Assembly: GCA_918797485.1 (NCBI GenBank) | Contig: CAKKNE010000004.1 | Span: forward strand, 4,340,001 to 4,404,000 | Source of the DNA: Pelagomonas calceolata | Taxonomy: Eukaryota | Length of the DNA: 64,000 nt | Direction: 5' to 3' | Part shown: positions 31,122 through 41,141 of the stretch, piece by piece | Numbering within the stretch: the stretch's first letter is position 1 | Layout: every line of letters starts with the position of its first letter | Program-made: the position numbers and the translations under genes | The notes under the pieces: generated by a model | The model's database searches: none | Seen by the model: the letters and a program-made list of their open reading frames with translations, nothing else | What the model was told of the DNA's origin: nothing

Positions 31122-34100
31122 CTACTTCGCCGCCCTAAGAGCCTTCGCCGGCACCCAGTTGTACCCCTCGTCGTCGTCCCACATGACTTCGTACCGGCCC
31201 TTGTCGAAGCGGTGGACCGATGCCGGATAGTAGCGCCCGTTCCACTTGGCCTCGACGCGCACGCCGAGCTCGAACTCCTGCGCAACGAGCGGCTCCGCCT
31301 TGAGCTTCTCCGTGCCCTCCGGCGACCCTCTTATTTTCTTCGCCGGCATCACTTCGTCATCTGAATCGCAGAACTCCGACGACGCCCGACCTCTTTTCTC
31401 CACGACCGATCGAGGAGAAGCTGGCACTCCTCTAACAGAAGCAGCGGTCACGCGATTGAACCGCCCATCTCCAATCCACTCCACTTCATAGGAACCACCA
31501 CCGTCGTAAATAGCATCTATGACCGCGGGATACCACTTCTTGCGCCACCGCACTTCGACTCTAGCGCCAACAGAGAACTCGGCCTCGTCATCGTCAGACG
31601 ACGGAAAGTTCACGGCCTTCTTCCCGTACCTGACTCTCGCCTCGTCATGAGCTCGAGCAGCTTCCTCTTCTTGCTCAAAGGCGCCTAGTTGCTCCTTGGC
31701 CCCTCGATGACAGATACTCGCGTACCACTTGCCGTTGCGCTTGTCGTGCGAGACGCCCGTGAACCGCGACGAGGAGTCATCAGTCTTCGCTCGCTTCACC
31801 TCTCGGTCATCCTCGTCACTACTACGGGGTCTCTTGGCCTCGTAGGCCCGCAGCTTCCTCCTAAAATCCACGGGCGTGTCGTAGGCCCCGCGCCCAATAC
31901 CTCTAGACTGCATGGCGCTGCGCAGCTGCGACGACGACATGGCCGCGAATTGGTCGTCGACGTCGTCGTCGGCCTCTTGTACTTTTTCTGGAGGGGGGGC
32001 CTTGCCGCCCTTGGACAGAGCGCCCTCGAGGTAGTTCACGAGTTGAGCTAGGGATCGAATCCGAGAAGATTCGGGGAAGTTCGCCGGCGTCGACACGCCG
32101 CAGTAGCCCGCGCGCCACGGCGGCGGCGTTCCACTAAAACCGCATCTTGTCAGAGCGGGCCTCAACTCCTCCAGATTCGCGTACCGGTTTCGTTCCCGTT
32201 CACCACGGATCTCCCTCAGTAACGAGCGAGCCGTCGCCGCCCAGTCGTCGTCCGGTATCACAGACGAACCGGAACACGTCTTGCCGTGGGCCGCCGCGGC
32301 CGGAGCATGGTCGAAGGTCCGAGCGCAGCCCGCGGGGCAGGGGAAGCGCTTATTGTCTCCCCTAGAAACAGGTGAGCGTCGCCTGCCATCATCCTCCCCC
32401 GTGCAAGCCTTCCCATGCGCCGCGGCCGCCGGCGCGTGGTCGAAGGCGCGACCGCAACCGGCGGGACACTCAAATCTGGGCCCGAAGTGAGTAGACGACC
32501 GCGGCACGTACTCCGCGCAGTTCTTCGCAGACGTCGGAGACGAGGGCGAGATGGCCATGCGCTCCGCACGACTGGCGGTCTTGGCCGGCGCGGGACCGGG
32601 CTTCCAGCCGATGCCCGTGACCCAGTGCCGCTCTTCCTCCTCCGCTTCGCTGGCTTCATCTTCTACTACTGGATCCATGGTCAGTTGATTATCGTCCTTC
32701 TTGACGCGGAAGGGGATGGAGTCGCCCTGCGTGGAATGGCGTGGCGCGACGTGGCCGCGGGGACTCTCGCGCGACCACGGCGACGCCGTCGACGCGGTCT
32801 CACGAAGACGAAATTTGAAGGTACAAAAGACGCCGGAGCATACGTCGACCTCCACGAAGAACCCGTTCGAGACGTCGTAGCGCAGGTCCTTCTTCTGGCC
32901 ACCTAACCTCAGATATTCCCTAGCTGAGGTCGCGCCCGTACACCGCTCGAATCTCGCTTGCCGCGGCTTCGACGTTCGCTGGATGCGCACGTCTCGCTCC
33001 AGCAGGTCGTCGACGTCCACGAGAGCCGGTCGCACCACGGGCTGCCGCCGCGCCGGCTTCTTCTTCACGACTTTCTGTGAAGGCGCCTCCTTGACCACTC
33101 GACGAGCGGCTTCTTTCCTAGACCAAGTAACGCTATCCCCATCGTCCCACCTTACGGTAACATCATCTCCGTCGATCGCCTCGATGGCACCCCGATACAC
33201 GCCGTAGCCCGGGAAGCGCTTGGCAACAGAAGCCCCGACCTGGACCTTCGACGTATCCAACAGGACGGGCTTGACCACAACCTCTTTAGGTTCTTCCTTC
33301 GGGGGCACGCCATGCTTCCGCAGCTTCCTGACAAAATCGCCTCGCGTATCATAGGACCCGCGCCCGATGCCGTTCTTCCGCATCAAGGCTCGTAGCTGCG
33401 AGTTGCTGAGTTCGGCGTACTCGTCCTTCGGTTGCTGGGACGCGTCGTCTATACTTGATACGAGCCTCTCGACCCAGCGTCTCGTTTCAAAGCCGTCGAG
33501 CCACCGTAAAGTTTCTTCTGACGAAGTTTCTGCAGAAACTTTGTGGGAAGAAGGTAGGATCGTGTCGTCCTTCGCCGCGAGCAAGGCCCGAGCCGCTTGA
33601 GACACGTCGTCGTCCGCGGTTCGTTTCCGGACGTCTCTCGCCAGCACGTCATTGTACGTAGAGTCCTCGTCCCATTTGATCGAGTAGCCGCCCTCGATAC
33701 ACTTGTCAATAACCCCAGGGAACCAGCCCCGGCCAAATCTAGCTTCTACTTTCTCACCAGCTGCGAACTCCTTCACAGAAAGCTGATCTAAGTCCTGCCT
33801 CGCGCGCAGTTGCGCCTTCTTCTCGCGCTCTTCGTCCCTCTTCAACTGGTAGTCGCGGTCCTGCGACTTGAGGCGCATCGCCTCCAAAGTTTCTTCATCA
33901 TCGTCGCTGTCCTCTTCGAACTTTTTGAGGTACTTCTGGGCGTGGCTCCGGACCTGGATCGTCGTGCGCGACTGGACGACGTCGGCGACCTTGGACCACT
34001 TCTTCCCGAACAGCTCCAACCCTCGGAGGAACCGCGCGTGCTCGTCGTCGGTCCAGCGACCCGTGTTCTCGTTCTTCTCTGGTTGTGGCTCCTCATCAGA

Positions 34101-34970
34101 CGCCTTCTCGGGCGTCGGTTCATCTTCCTGCTCCTTCTGCGGCGGCGTCGCGCCCCCACAAAGGAACCGGGACTCAACATCTTCCAGAGACTCCGTGCGC
34201 GCGGGCCTTACTACATCTTCCTCGACGGAAGCGCTCCGCGACGCCCGCTGTCGCATCACGTCCAGCGTCTCGTCATCGTCCGACTCGTCGACTTGTGTCG
34301 CCCACCGGCCTTGGTCGGGGTCCCAGGCCTTGCCTTGGGGCGCGCGGCCGCGGGGCTTGGGGATTTTTGTTGGTTTTGACGAAGCGTCGTCATCGGACGC
34401 GGCCTTCTCGGGCGTCGCGTCGTCGTGCGACGCTTCTTCTTCCGCCGCCTTCTCGGGCGTGGCGTCGTCGGCGTCTTCCGCCACGTCGTCGTCGGACGCG
34501 GCGTCGGCGGCCTCCTTCTCGTCGGCGGCGTCGTCGCCGTCTTCCGCCGCGGCCGGCGCGAGCTCGACGGTAGGCCCGTCCTCATCGGTGGCGGCCTTTT
34601 CGACCATCTTATCATCATCATCAGACGCGGCGGCGACGTCGTCCTGCTCGGGCGTCGCGTCGTCGGCCGGCGCCTCGTCCGCCTTTGTTTCGAGCGCCGG
34701 CAGCTTCGGCGCGCTAATATTTTCCTCGTCCGAGGCGCCGTCCGGCGTCGCACTGCCCTCGGAGCTCCCGGACGTGACCGAGGCGCAGGGCGCGTCCTCC
34801 TTTTCCGGCGGCGCGGGCGTCTTGGGGGCGGTGACCCGAAGGGGCGGCGGCGGCGCGGAAACTATTTGTGTGCCGCCGAAGAGGCCGCCGCTAAACGCCG
34901 GGAGGGGCTTTTCGCAGCCCGTATGGGTGCTTGGAGCCGGTTCTTCCGGCTCCTGGGTGTCCGCGGTCAT
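31122..34970 (-). CDS. Myb (SHAQKY) + AP2 + multi-Tudor + C2HC zinc-finger protein; probable in-frame intron 32727..32843
   Basis: GRWTDDEHARFL..QVRSHAQKY; SRFTGVSHDKRNGKWYASI..LGAFEQEEEAARAHD..NFP; four Tudor-like units; two CPAGC..HAPAAAAHGKxC units. Confidence 0.85.
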   Translation of the reverse strand: MTADTQEPEEPAPSTHTGCEKPLPAFSGGLFGGTQIVSAPPPPLRVTAPKTPAPPEKEDAPCASVTSGSSEGSATPDGASDEENISAPKLPALETKADEAPADDATPEQDDVAAASDDDDKMVEKAATDEDGPTVELAPAAAEDGDDAADEKEAADAASDDDVAEDADDATPEKAAEEEASHDDATPEKAASDDDASSKPTKIPKPRGRAPQGKAWDPDQGRWATQVDESDDDETLDVMRQRASRSASVEEDVVRPARTESLEDVESRFLCGGATPPQKEQEDEPTPEKASDEEPQPEKNENTGRWTDDEHARFLRGLELFGKKWSKVADVVQSRTTIQVRSHAQKYLKKFEEDSDDDEETLEAMRLKSQDRDYQLKRDEEREKKAQLRARQDLDQLSVKEFAAGEKVEARFGRGWFPGVIDKCIEGGYSIKWDEDSTYNDVLARDVRKRTADDDVSQAARALLAAKDDTILPSSHKVSAETSSEETLRWLDGFETRRWVERLVSSIDDASQQPKDEYAELSNSQLRALMRKNGIGRGSYDTRGDFVRKLRKHGVPPKEEPKEVVVKPVLLDTSKVQVGASVAKRFPGYGVYRGAIEAIDGDDVTVRWDDGDSVTWSRKEAARRVVKEAPSQKVVKKKPARRQPVVRPALVDVDDLLERDVRIQRTSKPRQARFERCTGATSAREYLRLGGQKKDLRYDVSNGFFVEVDVCSGVFCTFKFRLRETASTASPWSRESPRGHVAPRHSTQGDSIPFRVKKDDNQLTMDPVVEDEASEAEEEERHWVTGIGWKPGPAPAKTASRAERMAISPSSPTSAKNCAEYVPRSSTHFGPRFECPAGCGRAFDHAPAAAAHGKACTGEDDGRRRSPVSRGDNKRFPCPAGCARTFDHAPAAAAHGKTCSGSSVIPDDDWAATARSLLREIRGERERNRYANLEELRPALTRCGFSGTPPPWRAGYCGVSTPANFPESSRIRSLAQLVNYLEGALSKGGKAPPPEKVQEADDDVDDQFAAMSSSQLRSAMQSRGIGRGAYDTPVDFRRKLRAYEAKRPRSSDEDDREVKRAKTDDSSSRFTGVSHDKRNGKWYASICHRGAKEQLGAFEQEEEAARAHDEARVRYGKKAVNFPSSDDDEAEFSVGARVEVRWRKKWYPAVIDAIYDGGGSYEVEWIGDGRFNRVTAASVRGVPASPRSVVEKRGRASSEFCDSDDEVMPAKKIRGSPEGTEKLKAEPLVAQEFELGVRVEAKWNGRYYPASVHRFDKGRYEVMWDDDEGYNWVPAKALRAAK

Positions 34971-35454
34971 CTTAGCGTCGGTTTGGCGCTAAAGATAGGA
35001 TGCCTCCTGTCGTCGCCGCGCGGCCTCCAGAAGAGCTGGCACGCGCTGGGGCAGTAGTGCACACCAATGCGAAGCCTCTGAGCGCGGTTTTGCGTCCGCT
35101 AAGGTCCTCGCGGATTAGGATAGCGCGGTCCAAAGCCAGTCAGCCAGCAGCCAAACCCGATTTGAGAAATCGATAAAAATAGACGGATCCGCGCACGCTC
35201 GCCACCCGGTACTACTCGTCTATGCGGACCCCCAGACAGCTTTTGAAGACAAATGGCGCTGACCCGTCGAGGACTTGGGGTAGGCAGGGCGAAGCAGCAA
35301 TTGGCCCTCCGTACGCCGCCGCTGAGCACGTATAAATCACTCCGTGCACTCGCGCACTGCCGCATTGCTGCAGCAATTGGTGCAAGCGCGCCATCCGGCA
35401 TCTAGTGAGCCGCACAGCAGCCCTGCAGGCTGCACTCTGCACAGAGCTGCAAAA

Positions 35455-36624
35455 ATGCCGCGGCGAGGAGGACGCCGAAAAAAGTCGCGGACCCAAGCCC
35501 AGCCCGACCGCCCCGCCGCGCCCACGAAAGACGAGCCGAAGAAGCAGCAGGTCCAGCCGAAGCGCAAGAAGGGCCACGCGCCGCCGCCGCAGGCCGCGGA
35601 CCCGGACGAGAAACGCGTGCCTCGGACCATGATTGTGCGGAGAGGTGCCACGGACAAGCGGGTCCAGGAGCTCGTGCGGGAATTGAGAAGAGTGATGGCG
35701 CCGCACACCGCGGAGCGGTTGAAGGAAAGGCCGGGAAATAGTCTGAAGGACTTTGTCCATGCCGCACAACCGTTGGGAGTGTCTCATTTGTTGGTACTGG
35801 GACAGCAGAAGGACCAGGTCAATCTAAGAGTGGCAAGATTGCCCGGCGGGCCCACTTTATCTTTTAAAATCAGAAGCTTTTCTTTGGTGAGGGAGGTCCG
35901 CGCGCAGCAGAAGCGGCCCTTCGAGAGCATGGCGGCGTATGCGACGGCACCGTTAGTCGTGTTGGACAGCTTTGGCAGCAAGGAGAAGCACGTCGCTCTG
36001 CAGCGCGTCACGTTCGAGGCTCTGTTCGCCCCGATCGACGTGTCGACGGTAAAAGTGGCGGACATGCGCCGGGTTGTGTTATTCCACAGGGACGGCGACG
36101 GCGTGGAAATGCGCCATTATGCGGTCCAAGCTTCCGCTGCAAACGTGTCGAAGCCGGTCAAACGAGTGGTGGAAGTAAAAAACATCCCCGATTTGTCGAA
36201 GCTCAAAGATATATCGGAGTACGTCACGCGCATCGATCCAGGTAGCGACAGCGAGGGCGAGGACGCCGTCGCGCCCATGGCCGGCAAGTTTGGCGGGCGA
36301 GGCAACGTCGCGAAGCGCGAATCCAAAATAAAGCTCGTGGAATTGGGGCCGCGGCTGCGGCTGCGCCTCTACAAGGTCGAGCGCGGCGTGTGTGCGGGCG
36401 ACGTCTTATACCACGCGTTCCGCGAGGACCCCGGCGAGGCTTCCGGGGACGACGACGACGGCGCGAGCGGCGGCGGCGAGAGCGACGCTGGCGGGAGCGA
36501 TGCTGACGAGAGCGACGACGGCGGCGAGGCGTCCGGGGACGACCTCTTCGCCGACGACGACTCGGACGCGCCGCCGCCGAAGAAGCAGCGGCGCAAGGGC
36601 GCGAAGCCCCCGTTCGGGCGGTGA
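35455..36624 (+). CDS. PPAN: Brix-domain ribosome biogenesis factor Ssf1/Peter Pan
   Basis: LRRVMAPHTAERLKE..NSLKDFV..PLGVSHL, RLPGGPTLSF, IKLVELGPRLRLRLYKVERG. Confidence 0.93.
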   Translation: MPRRGGRRKKSRTQAQPDRPAAPTKDEPKKQQVQPKRKKGHAPPPQAADPDEKRVPRTMIVRRGATDKRVQELVRELRRVMAPHTAERLKERPGNSLKDFVHAAQPLGVSHLLVLGQQKDQVNLRVARLPGGPTLSFKIRSFSLVREVRAQQKRPFESMAAYATAPLVVLDSFGSKEKHVALQRVTFEALFAPIDVSTVKVADMRRVVLFHRDGDGVEMRHYAVQASAANVSKPVKRVVEVKNIPDLSKLKDISEYVTRIDPGSDSEGEDAVAPMAGKFGGRGNVAKRESKIKLVELGPRLRLRLYKVERGVCAGDVLYHAFREDPGEASGDDDDGASGGGESDAGGSDADESDDGGEASGDDLFADDDSDAPPPKKQRRKGAKPPFGR

Positions 36625-36676
36625 GCTGAGACGTCGAGACCCCGTTCTAGTAGAGTGTAAGTCTATGTTACCCGTC

Positions 36677-37346
36677 TCAGCAGGAGCAGCTCTTCTTCGA
36701 CGACTTCTTCGAGGAGAGCTGGCGCGACGCCGGCCGCGACGCGCCGCGCGGGATGCGGTCGATGACCTGCTGCGCGATGGCCTGGAAGGCCTCCGTGACG
36801 TTCACGTCGGCCTTGGCCGACGCCTCGATGAAGCGGACGTCGTACTCCGCCGCGAGCGCCTGGCCCTCCTGCGTCGACACCTGGCGCGCGCTCTGGTTGT
36901 CGGACTTGTTCCCGACGAGGACCTTGTTGACCTGCGCGCGGGAGTGTCTCGCGGCGATGGCGTGAAGGGCGACGAGCGGCACCGGCGCGCACCTGCTGGT
37001 CCGCGTGGTCCGTGATCTGCGCCATCCAGCTTCTTACGGAGTTAAACGTCCGCCGGTCCGTGATGTCGTAGACCAACACGATGCCCTGCGCTCCCCGGAA
37101 GTAGGACCGCGTGATCGTGCGGAACTGCTCCTGGCCCGCCGTGTCCCAAATCTGGAGCTTGACCTTCTTGCCTCCTAGGTGCACGGTCTTGATCTTAAAA
37201 TCAATACCGATCGTCGTGATGAACGTCGAACTGAAGGTGTCGTTGGCGTACCTCAACAATAGGCTCGTCTTGCCAACGGCGCTGTCGCCGATCATCAGCA
37301 GCTTGATCTGGAGGTCGTATGGCCGGTTGCCCGAGTCATAGCTCAT
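36677..37346 (-). CDS. RAB8: Rab GTPase, Rab8/RabE subfamily, second paralog; intron 36932..36992
   Basis: Same G-box motifs as 15371..16051; phase-0 GT-AG intron joins the two ORFs; C-terminal CSC. Confidence 0.92.
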
Positions 37347-37818
37347 CGCGGCCGGCGCCCGCGCGGCGACTAAAATAGCTCGCCCGTCGCGTGACGCGTG
37401 TTCCTGGCGCCCGTCGCGTGACTATGGTCCGAGTTTCCGACGCGCCGCGGTCGCTGGCGCCGAGCCGAATCGGGCAAAAAATATGAGGCCTGCTCAAGAA
37501 GACTCGGTTACGCGAGCGGCGGGGCGTTTTGCGGCCTAAAGCTTGCCAATGACCGTCAGGGGGTCACGATATGTAGCTACAGCTCGATATTACCCCGGCC
37601 GATAGCACGGGTGCCGAGCCAAAGGCAGCCTCAAAAAAAGGTGTGCCAGCTAGTGTCTTACAGCCGCTAGCGCGGGATTGCTGTCCTGCTGCGCGCGGGG
37701 TTTGTAGGGCACGGCACTACACGCGTCGATGCCAATACGTGCGTAACCGCACGCATCGCAGACCGAGCTGAGCCCCGTCGCGACCGGACGCGGAAAGAAA
37801 AAAACTCACAAAAAGACA

Positions 37819-40380
37819 TTACAGCAGCGCCCCCAACCGGTCCCGGAGCGTAGAAAAAGCCTCGTCCGGCGGCGGGAGGTCGGGCAGCGCCGCCTCCACC
37901 GAATCCGCGAGCCACGGCCGGACGCCGGCGACGAAGGTCGATGCATCCGGCGCGAGGATGGCCTCCCAGTCGATTTGGCGTTCCGAAGGGAGTGAAGAGG
38001 GCACTCCGCAGTCAGCCGCCAGCAAGATGCCGAAGAGCACGGCGTAGCCGCAGCAGGCCGAGCCGCGAGACAGGGGCCCGAAGGCGCACCAGTAGTAGAA
38101 CATCATCGCGGCCCGCTCCCTTACTCTATCTTTGTCGTGGACTTCTTCGATTAACTTCTCCCAGTGGTACTGCAGTTCGCGATCATAGAGCTTCCATCGT
38201 TTCGGCGTGCCGGGCGTCCGGATCGAAAAGTCGAAGCCCCCATGTTTCGTAGCTTGCAACGTAATACGTGTACCTCCTAAATCTTCGCCCGTTTTTTCGG
38301 AAGCGCAGGGCGCCGTGCACCAGAAGTCGCGCTTGCCGCATAGCTCGTGGACCTCGGCTAGTGTTATAGCTTCATTGATCCGCTCCACGAAATCATCTTC
38401 GCCAGGAGGCACGTTCCGTCGCAGCGTCTCCTTGACGACCTCCAACGCATCGGGAATGTACTTGGCGTACCGCACGACCTTTAGCTGACCGCTCTGCATC
38501 GGCGTATGCAATCCAAAACCCTCGGCAAAGGCCTTCTCGGGGAGCCCGTCGATCCACCAGACGGCGTCGCCCGGCTCCGCCTCGCGGCGCCACCGCACCA
38601 CAACCTCATAGACTTCGCGCCAGTTCACGGCGTTTCCAGCAAACGCGCGCCGCGCGACGTATGCCGCGTGTAACACCATGAAACCGAACATGCGGTGGTG
38701 CCTTGTATTGGGAAGGAAGCCGGGGCAGTTCTCTAATTGGACGAGGCCCTCGTACGGTGCGGCCGCGTTGACCCACTTCCTGGTCGCGGCCTTGACGTCT
38801 TTCGCGGCCACGGACGGACGGCACTTGCCCTTTCGCGGCGCCGCGGACGCGACGAGCGCGATGGCGTGGCGCTTGCAGTGGCCCTCCTTGAACACGCCGA
38901 GGATGTCCTTCTCCGCGTCGGCCGTCGCATTGTCTAACGCCGCGCCGTAGAAGCGCCCCAGCTGCCGCGCGTACCAGCAGACGTGCCCGGGGTCGCGCGC
39001 CAGCGCCCGCACAAAGTACTCCTCGGCCTTCTCAAACACACCGAGCGCGCTCCAGCAGAGCCCGGCGTAGTACAGGGCTCCCACGGCCGCGTCGGCGTCT
39101 TCCTTCTGTGCAAGCGCCACGCACCTTTTGAAGGATGCCGTCGCCTTCAGGAAATCGCCAGTCCCGTACATGAGCAAACCGAGGGCGTGGTGCCCGCGAC
39201 AGAACGCCGGGTCCGTCGCGATGCATCTCATAAAGGCCCGTTTCGCCGCGTCCGCGTCGCCGCGGTCCCTTGCAGCTTGCCCAAGGTTGAGCCACGTTTC
39301 TCGAGATGTCGCATCTAGCTCGAGGCTCTTCACGAAGGACTCGTGGGCGACGAGCCCGAGCTGCGCCTCGCACAATCCTAACATGTTCCAGGTTCTCGCT
39401 GCTTCTTGCCGAGGCCGCTGCGATCCCTCTTCATCCTTTTCGAGAGCTAGAGCGAAGTCCCGCGCCGCGGTCCTGTAGTCCTGGAGCCGGTGTTGCACGG
39501 CGCCGCGCTGGTGGTAGAGGTCCGCGTCGAACTCACTCGAAGAACTTTTCTCTTCTAGGGTTACGGCCGCGTTCAAGTCTCGCAGCGCGTCGTCTAACCT
39601 CCCGAGGGCCGCCAATGATTGTCCTCTCCGCTTCAAGCAGTCCGTGACGTGCGGTGCTACTTCCACGGCCACGTCAAAGTCCTCGAGCGCCCCTTGTAAG
39701 TCGTCCTGCAGCGCACGCGCCGACCCCCTTCCTAACCGAGCGGCGACGAGCCGCGGGTGCTTCGATAGAAGGTCGTCGAAGGCGGCGATGGCCTGGTCCA
39801 GTCGATTCGTGTTCACCAGTAGATAGCCCGTCGCGATGGCGTCGTCGACATCATCTTGACCGGTACGGTGCTCGACGGCGCCGCGCGCTTGCGCCAGTAC
39901 GTCTTGAGGCACGCCCTTATCAACCCAGCGCTCGGCCTCCTTGCTGGTTTCGCGGACGGGCGCCGCGGCGACGACCATGGCCAGGTCGGCCTGCGGGCTG
40001 CGCGGGCCCCGCGCGACCGACGGCTTCGGTGGCGGCGGTGCATCGTCGGTCAGTAACTGCTCGAGCTCCCGCAACACGACGACGTCGGAGCCGGCCGTCG
40101 CGGCGTCGACGCCGGCCCTCCATGCATTCTGGGCTTTCGCGGGCTTCTTCAGAGCGGCGAGCGCGCGGCCCTTGACGACGTGCGCGCGGAGGTGGTGCGG
40201 CGCGCGCGCGACGGCGCTTTCGGCCTGCTTCAAAGCGCCTCGGTATAGACCGAGTTCCATCTTGCAGGTTGCGGCATTCGTCAGGTGGCTCGCGGCGTCG
40301 TCTGCAGTCTGTGCGAGTTCGCTCCATGCGGCCGCAGCCTCTGCGTACTTGCCTGCCCGGTAGAGCTGGACGGCGTCCAT
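37819..40380 (-). CDS. TPR protein, TTC13/SRFR1-like
   Basis: Many TPRs; C-terminal GFDFSIRTPGTPKRW..YYWCAFGPLSRGSA..QIDWEAIL characteristic of the TTC13/SRFR1 family. Confidence 0.8.
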   Translation of the reverse strand: MDAVQLYRAGKYAEAAAAWSELAQTADDAASHLTNAATCKMELGLYRGALKQAESAVARAPHHLRAHVVKGRALAALKKPAKAQNAWRAGVDAATAGSDVVVLRELEQLLTDDAPPPPKPSVARGPRSPQADLAMVVAAAPVRETSKEAERWVDKGVPQDVLAQARGAVEHRTGQDDVDDAIATGYLLVNTNRLDQAIAAFDDLLSKHPRLVAARLGRGSARALQDDLQGALEDFDVAVEVAPHVTDCLKRRGQSLAALGRLDDALRDLNAAVTLEEKSSSSEFDADLYHQRGAVQHRLQDYRTAARDFALALEKDEEGSQRPRQEAARTWNMLGLCEAQLGLVAHESFVKSLELDATSRETWLNLGQAARDRGDADAAKRAFMRCIATDPAFCRGHHALGLLMYGTGDFLKATASFKRCVALAQKEDADAAVGALYYAGLCWSALGVFEKAEEYFVRALARDPGHVCWYARQLGRFYGAALDNATADAEKDILGVFKEGHCKRHAIALVASAAPRKGKCRPSVAAKDVKAATRKWVNAAAPYEGLVQLENCPGFLPNTRHHRMFGFMVLHAAYVARRAFAGNAVNWREVYEVVVRWRREAEPGDAVWWIDGLPEKAFAEGFGLHTPMQSGQLKVVRYAKYIPDALEVVKETLRRNVPPGEDDFVERINEAITLAEVHELCGKRDFWCTAPCASEKTGEDLGGTRITLQATKHGGFDFSIRTPGTPKRWKLYDRELQYHWEKLIEEVHDKDRVRERAAMMFYYWCAFGPLSRGSACCGYAVLFGILLAADCGVPSSLPSERQIDWEAILAPDASTFVAGVRPWLADSVEAALPDLPPPDEAFSTLRDRLGALL

Positions 40381-40462
40381 CGTCGCAACGGGAGCGATGT
40401 TTAATCGATGCGACCGTGCATGCTGCGCATCGATTGGGCAGCCTTTTCGTCGGCAGGCTGCG

Positions 40463-40490
40463 TTGCTAGCGGCCTGTAAGACACTAGCAA
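40463..40490. promoter_or_regulatory. Clearest copy of recurrent intergenic motif A (GCTAGCG-n-TAAGACACTAGC)
   Basis: ttgctagcggcctgtaagacactagcaa; related copies at 11036, 17876, 22461, 30903, 37649, 50230, 56678 and 61276, all upstream of gene starts. Function is inferred. Confidence 0.6.
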
Positions 40491-40549
40491 TGGGTCACAT
40501 CCCCTGCGCTTGAGCGAGGCGTTAACGAGACTGCGCGAGCGGAGGCGGC

Positions 40550-41128
40550 ATGCGCGATACTGCCCCTTTCCAGTACGATTGGACCGAGCGCGTGAGTTTT
40601 GTATTCTACGGATCATTTGAGATGTTCAGGCCTGGGGTCAGTCTCCATACGAGCACCCGTCACCGGCTCACCTTTGATGCTGACGCTTTTGACTCAGTGC
40701 GTATTTACCTCCACGACGCGCGGGGATCATGCCTGTGGTGCCAAGTCAAGGAGCTGATGCTCATACCGAAGACGGTTCGCGAAGTTGAACGATACCTGCT
40801 ACTCTTGGAGACGGGTCGCGGCGTGTTTGTGCCGCGTGAACCCGCAGTGCGTTTCGCGGTAAAAACATTCAAACAAAGTGCCTTGCCGAGAAGCTTGCAC
40901 TTGTATAAGGCGCTGTACCTGCTGACTCGACTCCAGGGTAAGGGCCACCTCGGCAAGGCGATTGTCGCGCACGTGCTCACTATACTCGGAGGCCCGATGG
41001 AACGAACGGACGAATGGGGCCCGGGCACGAAGCGCCGACTCTGCAAGGTAACGATATCCACGTCGCGGTGGGGGGCCAAGTACACGCCGCGCCTAGGTAG
41101 CGTCGAAAACTGGCACGCCACCGACTAA
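40550..41128 (+). CDS. Hypothetical protein
   Basis: 192-aa ATG ORF filling the gap between two genes; no motif recognised. Confidence 0.45.
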   Translation: MRDTAPFQYDWTERVSFVFYGSFEMFRPGVSLHTSTRHRLTFDADAFDSVRIYLHDARGSCLWCQVKELMLIPKTVREVERYLLLLETGRGVFVPREPAVRFAVKTFKQSALPRSLHLYKALYLLTRLQGKGHLGKAIVAHVLTILGGPMERTDEWGPGTKRRLCKVTISTSRWGAKYTPRLGSVENWHATD

Positions 41129-41141
41129 AACATGGATAAAC

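Noticed and set aside
37381..37422. Direct repeat cgcccgtcgcgtgac x2 upstream of the second Rab gene
   Set aside because: Only two short GC-rich copies, not noticed elsewhere; likely a local duplication.
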